Position numbers and translations under genes: made by a program. DNA of 64,000 bases from Curvularia clavata (lineage: Eukaryota), in contig CP089275.1 in NCBI GenBank assembly GCA_023920165.1, forward strand, positions 4,216,001 to 4,280,000, read 5' to 3'. Below are positions 59,206 to 64,000 of the stretch, piece after piece (the stretch's first letter is position 1; every line of letters begins with the position of its first letter). A model generated the notes under the pieces. It worked only from the letters and a program-made list of their open reading frames with translations, had not been told where the DNA came from and made no database searches.

Positions 59206-61094
59206 CTTGGGCGAATGCTGACCGGCAGCCTGACAGAACGGACCTGTCGTTTGAGAAAGAAGAGGAAAAAGAGTGGTGAAGGAAAGAAGGGGAAAGGAAA
59301 GAAGGAAAAGCGATGAAACAAAACACCACTTCCTCAAAGAAACAGAACAGAGGCCTAGCCTTGGAGAATGGATGGTGAATGAATGTGCGAGGAATGTGGC
59401 TTTAAAAGAAGGAATACTGCCTCAAGCAACCATGCAACAACAGGTAAACCTGAAGAAAGATGAAACTGGAATCCCAAATCCGATCATACAGCGCCGCATA
59501 ATGAACTATTTGGGAGCGCTAAGCCGGCACTCAAGACCAGGCGGAGATCCACGCGGCATCAGACAAAACGTTATGCGTACTGCATTGACGGAGATCCATG
59601 GGGAACGCGGCGCCTAGTTCCTGTCAGGTCATTAGGCCCATTGGGTCCAACCAGGTCTCGTTAGCCACCGATCAGTCAAACGCAGCCATGTGGGTCGGTC
59701 CGGCGCAAGCCCAGTGGCGAGGCAGTGTCTAGAGCCTCATGAGGGATGTATCGATAAGGGGGAGAAGCCATCGTTACGCGTCCAGCTTGAAATCGCTTAA
59801 GATAAGTGGAGCGAGAGAGCGAGCGGGCTTCACTCAGGTACGTTTCAGTGGCGTAGCAATTGGGAAACGCCAAAACACCAAGAACCAGCTCCTTGGCATT
59901 GCTGCTGCGTGATGATCCGTATTCGTCATACTTTTTAGCCCAAGTCATTGGAAGTGAAAGTGGTACTTCTATTGTTGTGTTTTTACAGTTTTTTGTGTCG
60001 TTCGGATGCATTGCAAAAAACGTTGCCGACGCGTACGCATGCTGTCGACAGCATAAGTGTAAAGCTGACGCATTGTCAAGCAAAGTGTTTCAGGTGCCAA
60101 GGCCAGACAAGCTAACTGGGCGATTTTGCTCCGATGAAACCTAGGGGCCGGCAACCCGCAACTCGAGAAGACACAGCTACCGGTTCCCTTTGCCAGTGGC
60201 GCTCCAGTGTCTGTGTCGCGTCAAAGGCATGCGCGGCAAAGCTTAGCTGTCGGCTCAAGGAACCCCATGTGGTGTTTCCACCCACGTTTTCCAAACACTC
60301 TCCGTGTTGAACAGTATACTTGGTCATGGCGCGGCGCCAATTCTTCCACCACGCAGATAAACCGGTTGGAACATTGCTCATGTCGAATTAATCCTTCATG
60401 GCGGAATACCAAAGCGCGAGGCCGAAGGTGCGTTTTCCCGTGTGCCCTTGATTTTTGTTTTCCCAATTTTAAGTCACTTCTCCGTGGGACCCAAATCCGC
60501 ACCATGCCAATGGCTGCAGCTGAATGTGACTACCAAGAATTGTAGTTCGCCTACAGGTGCTCGAGGGATACGCTAGCTCCACATCGAGTGCCTTTTCCCA
60601 GGGGAGTGTGGCCACATCGGATGCTAGAGGAAGAAGCAAGCATATTGTCATGATGTAAGCATGAGATGAAATCGCGGGCGCAGAGTCGTGTCACCCTGCC
60701 GAACAATGTCAGAACCTTATACCATGGCAGGCGGGAGGCGTTCGCATGAAATCAATGCATGTATTCATATATTTTAATAACAGAGCTTTTCTCTTCTATC
60801 GTGGCTTGAAAGGGCCCTTTCACCTTCCATACCCGCTGCGATCGTTGCCCTTCCGGACCAACAATGACGGGCGTCGGAACATGCCTCCCCCTGCAAGTCC
60901 TGTCTGCTGCCAGTCCTTCAGCCTCCACTCGTCTTGGCCTGCCTGTCGTAATTTCTTCCAAGCCTTTAGACACGTTGTGTGCCCATATTCCAGTCCTATC
61001 ACTCCCCATCGTGCCCCCGATAACCGTATTTACGTTGAGCAATCGGCAGCGCCCCAATGGCTATAGTGTGTCTCGAATGTTGGTAGTCATCCCT

Positions 61095-63710
61095 TCATCC
61101 AAGAAGCTCCACATCCAGGCCAATCGCCCTCATGAACAGGTTTACGTTTGCCGTTCGAGCGCTAGCCATGTCCGGTGGCAGGGCCTTACTAACAGAGACT
61201 GTTTCCATAACACGGTCCTTGACCCCAAGTACAAGCCTCTGTTGTTGCTCGGGGCTGGCTCCTACACCCATTGCGGCCAAGAACTGCCAAATATACATGT
61301 CATCGGTGTCGTTGATACTTCCCGGGAACAGATACGGAAGCACTGGCTCAACAATGTCAAACAAACGATTGTAAAGTCCAGTCCACTGCTGCCAGTCAGT
61401 CACCATCTCGGGGGCCGACTGTTTGAGCAGTTCGGCGCGGGAGATGAGGAATGTCAGAAGAGTAAGGCCGATCCTGGTCCGAGCCACTACGTGAAGGTTG
61501 GTGCGATCTAGAACAAGGCCCAGAAGACCAATGACGATGTTCAGTGGGGCGTCTGAAATGTGTGCATGGATGGGCGACATGACTGTCTGCGAAAAGAGGT
61601 CTACTTCTTCCCGAATCGCTGCACTCAGAGGCTCTTCGGGTGTGGCAATGGCATGTCCTACTACGGAGAGTGCGTCGAGGTGGACGACAATCATTGTCAC
61701 GACTGTAATACGCTCCTGCTCGTTGATGTGGCGGAAGAGGCGCGGGATCATCTTCTTGCCTTTGGCATGGGAAAGAATGGAAATGAAGGGGTGGGTTGTG
61801 CTGAGCGAGTTAGCAGGAGTATCTTGTTTGCAGTGGACAACGTACTTGGGATTGATGGGCTCCATGATCTTGGTGTTGAGCCAGAGCTGCTCGTGGAGAG
61901 TCTCGATGCGCGATCGCCATTCCATGTGTGCTTGGATTGCTTCGGGAGGGCTGTTCTCCTGGATTGGCATCGGCATGGCGCGTTCATGGTCTTCCATTTG
62001 CATGAGCGTCTTGTACACAGCCTCGATATTGCGCAGGGTTTCTTTGCGATCTGCAATGGAAGACTTGTGGTGCTTTGGAAGCTTGTCATTGGTCTCGGGC
62101 CGCTTGAGGTTGAGCAGTGGTCGCGGCGTCTTTGAATTGCTGAAAGCAATCTTTCCCAGACTACCTTCGACGACAAGTTGCTTGGCTTTTGGTCGTGCTT
62201 TGGCTGCCTCAACTGCACGCTGGATCTGTTGCTCCATGCGCTGCATATGGTTGTCACCTCCACGGCCATGTCGACGGGCTCCAAACCGGTTGTTGGTCTG
62301 GAAGAGATAGGTCTGAGCAAACTGGTTTGCTGGCTGCTGGGGGTTGTGGCGTGGAGCACCCCGGATCTGGCTAAAGACTTGGTAGTAGAAGTCCTCGGCA
62401 ATGGCAGCTTCAGGGCCTCTTTCTTCAAGGTTCCCAGTCGCGGTCATCAGCTGCTGCAGCTGGATACGAGTGATGAAGTTCTTGTCCTGGGGCGTCATGA
62501 GGCCATTATCCTTTGCCAGCAACGCAATCTTGTGGTTTCGTTTCGCCCGTTTTGCGTCTTCCTCGAGGAAAGCAGCGCGCTCAGCCTCGGACAGTTGGAG
62601 TAGCTGCTCAGGGTGGGTAATGACCATTCCAGGAAACGAAGGGCCTCTGTTGTGGGCTCCTGGTTGACCACGGTGCGCCAGATGGCCTTGTGGGCCGGGC
62701 TGCATGGGCTGGCCCTGACCTGAAAGACGGTTGGGGTTCTGTAGGATTTGTCGCGGCTGTGCGGGTTGACCTTGGATGTGGTTCTGCTGGACGCCAGGCT
62801 CGTTTGCATGGGGTCGTTGTCGCTGAAGAATGGTAGGCTGCTGGGGCGACTGAGACAGAACAGGCTGGTCAGGCAACTCGGCACGAAGCTGCTGTTGGTG
62901 TCTTTGTGGCATGCCCTGCTGCTGCTGGGGTCTCTGCAGGATCTGCGGTGCCATGTTGCCAGGCATGCCGGGATATTGGGGCTGACCCTGAGAGAACTGA
63001 GGCTGCGGCTGATACTGCTGTTGAGGATAGCCTGGGAAGGCCTGAGACGGTTGCTGCTGGAGCGGAGGAGTAGCTCTGGCCTCATTGTTCAGGGACTGGG
63101 CACGCATCATGGCCTCGACCTCCTCCATGCTCATGACTTTTCTGGTCGGCGCAGCCTGCTGGGCAGCTGCGGGGGGCTGAGGTGAGGGCTGGCGCTGGGC
63201 AGCGGGCTGCTTTGGCTTGAGGCCCCAGATGTCGGCACGCGCCTCGAGCTGAGGGATGTACTCGGGATCCTTGTAGCTCTCATAGCCCGACCGGTTGGGT
63301 TTGGAGGCTTGTGGAATGGGGGGCTTCTGCTGGTACTGCGGCTGCGGCTGCTGCTGCTGCTGCTGTTGGTATTGCTGGTGGTGCTGGGGGACCTTTTGAC
63401 GAGCATGGAAAAGCATCTGCTCCTCCTGGATGGTGCCAGCGACCAGCGATGTCTGGCCGGCAAAGTCAAAGTGCTTGCCCACCGACTGCTGCGTGGCAGG
63501 GCCATCGCCAAAGGTGTCGTCGTTGCGTTCGTCGGCATCGTCATCGAGCTGGTCGCCCAGGCCGTCGTAGGTGTCGTCGAAGTCGATGACATCGTCATCA
63601 GCTGCCCCGCCGCCGAGGGCAGCAAAGGCATCGTGCTGGCCAAAGCCGGGGGCATTGGACGAATGGCCCTGGTCCCGGGGCAGGGTGGTGTCGAAGCCGA
63701 AGAAGGACAT
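61095..63710 (-). CDS. PAT1: mRNA decapping activator Pat1
   Basis: MSFFGFDTTLPRD, NDDTFG, Q/P-rich middle, GLMTPQDKNFITRIQLQQL, EDFYYQV, GSLGKI, HPFISILSHAKGKK and WQFLAAMG; one 45-nt intron at 61801-61845. Confidence 0.96.
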   Translation of the reverse strand: MSFFGFDTTLPRDQGHSSNAPGFGQHDAFAALGGGAADDDVIDFDDTYDGLGDQLDDDADERNDDTFGDGPATQQSVGKHFDFAGQTSLVAGTIQEEQMLFHARQKVPQHHQQYQQQQQQQPQPQYQQKPPIPQASKPNRSGYESYKDPEYIPQLEARADIWGLKPKQPAAQRQPSPQPPAAAQQAAPTRKVMSMEEVEAMMRAQSLNNEARATPPLQQQPSQAFPGYPQQQYQPQPQFSQGQPQYPGMPGNMAPQILQRPQQQQGMPQRHQQQLRAELPDQPVLSQSPQQPTILQRQRPHANEPGVQQNHIQGQPAQPRQILQNPNRLSGQGQPMQPGPQGHLAHRGQPGAHNRGPSFPGMVITHPEQLLQLSEAERAAFLEEDAKRAKRNHKIALLAKDNGLMTPQDKNFITRIQLQQLMTATGNLEERGPEAAIAEDFYYQVFSQIRGAPRHNPQQPANQFAQTYLFQTNNRFGARRHGRGGDNHMQRMEQQIQRAVEAAKARPKAKQLVVEGSLGKIAFSNSKTPRPLLNLKRPETNDKLPKHHKSSIADRKETLRNIEAVYKTLMQMEDHERAMPMPIQENSPPEAIQAHMEWRSRIETLHEQLWLNTKIMEPINPKYVVHCKQDTPANSLSTTHPFISILSHAKGKKMIPRLFRHINEQERITVVTMIVVHLDALSVVGHAIATPEEPLSAAIREEVDLFSQTVMSPIHAHISDAPLNIVIGLLGLVLDRTNLHVVARTRIGLTLLTFLISRAELLKQSAPEMVTDWQQWTGLYNRLFDIVEPVLPYLFPGSINDTDDMYIWQFLAAMGVGASPEQQQRLVLGVKDRVMETVSVSKALPPDMASARTANVNLFMRAIGLDVELLG

Positions 63711-63799
63711 GGCGGTGCGAATGACTGTGTGCCGTGGCTAGGGGTCGAGGCTATATTCAATGGGCGTCAGTGGTGACGTTGGGCAGAGAAAGAGAGAAG

Positions 63800-63966
63800 A
63801 CGGCGGGGCGGCAGGGCGGCGGCGGTGGTCGCATGGGCGCAACGAGACAGGCAAGACTGCTGCTACTGCTGCTGAAGGGGCGCCGTGCAAGCGGGCGGGC
63901 GGGTGATGGCAATGGCAATGGCAGCGGGTGGTGATGGTGTTGGTGGTGGTAGTGGTGGTTTGGTGT
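63800..63966. repeat. Low-complexity mixed tri/hexanucleotide repeats (GGC, CTG, GGCAAT, GGT) upstream of PAT1
   Basis: Read directly. A similar (GGT)n tract lies upstream of VPS15 at ~4109-4133. Confidence 0.7.
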
Positions 63967-64000
63967 TGCAGGCGGGTCTGGTGCCACGGCAAACTCCGTC

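Noticed and set aside
61498..62310. 270-aa + strand ORF and similar long antisense ORFs over PAT1, PMC1, FNIP and IML1
   Set aside because: Antisense shadows of real coding sequence with biased codon usage.
63757..63834. Polyproline uORF candidate MRPPPPPCRP... upstream of PAT1
   Set aside because: It lies in low-complexity repeats upstream of a CT-rich tract that usually precedes the TSS, so it is probably not in the mRNA.
1..64000. Transposons, RIP-degraded repeats, CRISPR arrays or secondary-metabolite clusters
   Set aside because: No transposase/RT ORFs, terminal repeats, AT-rich blocks, repeat-spacer arrays or PKS/NRPS genes were seen.

Overview
Gene-dense eukaryotic chromosome segment from a filamentous ascomycete. 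Short GT-AG introns with CTRAC branch points and the gene set suggest Pezizomycotina, probably Dothideomycetes/Pleosporales (inferred, not verified). I can support about 24 protein-coding genes: VPS15 (3'-truncated), ALG2, LEA1/U2A', FIP1, NUP49-like, ECM4-type GST, FNIP/Lst4, TYW2, a Nudix hydrolase, RPB8, an F-box-like orphan, YND1, a class-I glutamine amidotransferase-like protein, a DHA2/Vba MFS transporter, PMC1, an NAD(P)-binding protein, IML1, a secreted L-asparaginase, an HD-domain protein, OPI10/Hikeshi, a putative Zip2/SHOC1, a secreted aspartic protease and PAT1. There is also one intron-containing tRNA-Trp(CCA). No transposon, CRISPR array or biosynthetic cluster is evident, and I found no clearly new multi-gene system. 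The most notable signals are in gene architecture and regulation: an apparently obligatory GT-GG intron in VPS15, an ATF4-like uORF pair before FNIP/Lst4, a probable Zip2/SHOC1 meiotic gene, a GATA-rich asparaginase/HD divergent pair, a Crz1-site cluster plus 5'UTR intron and uORF at PMC1, a GC-AG intron, and a stopless 45-nt intron in PAT1. Exon boundaries were derived by hand and family calls come from recalled motifs; no searches were run.
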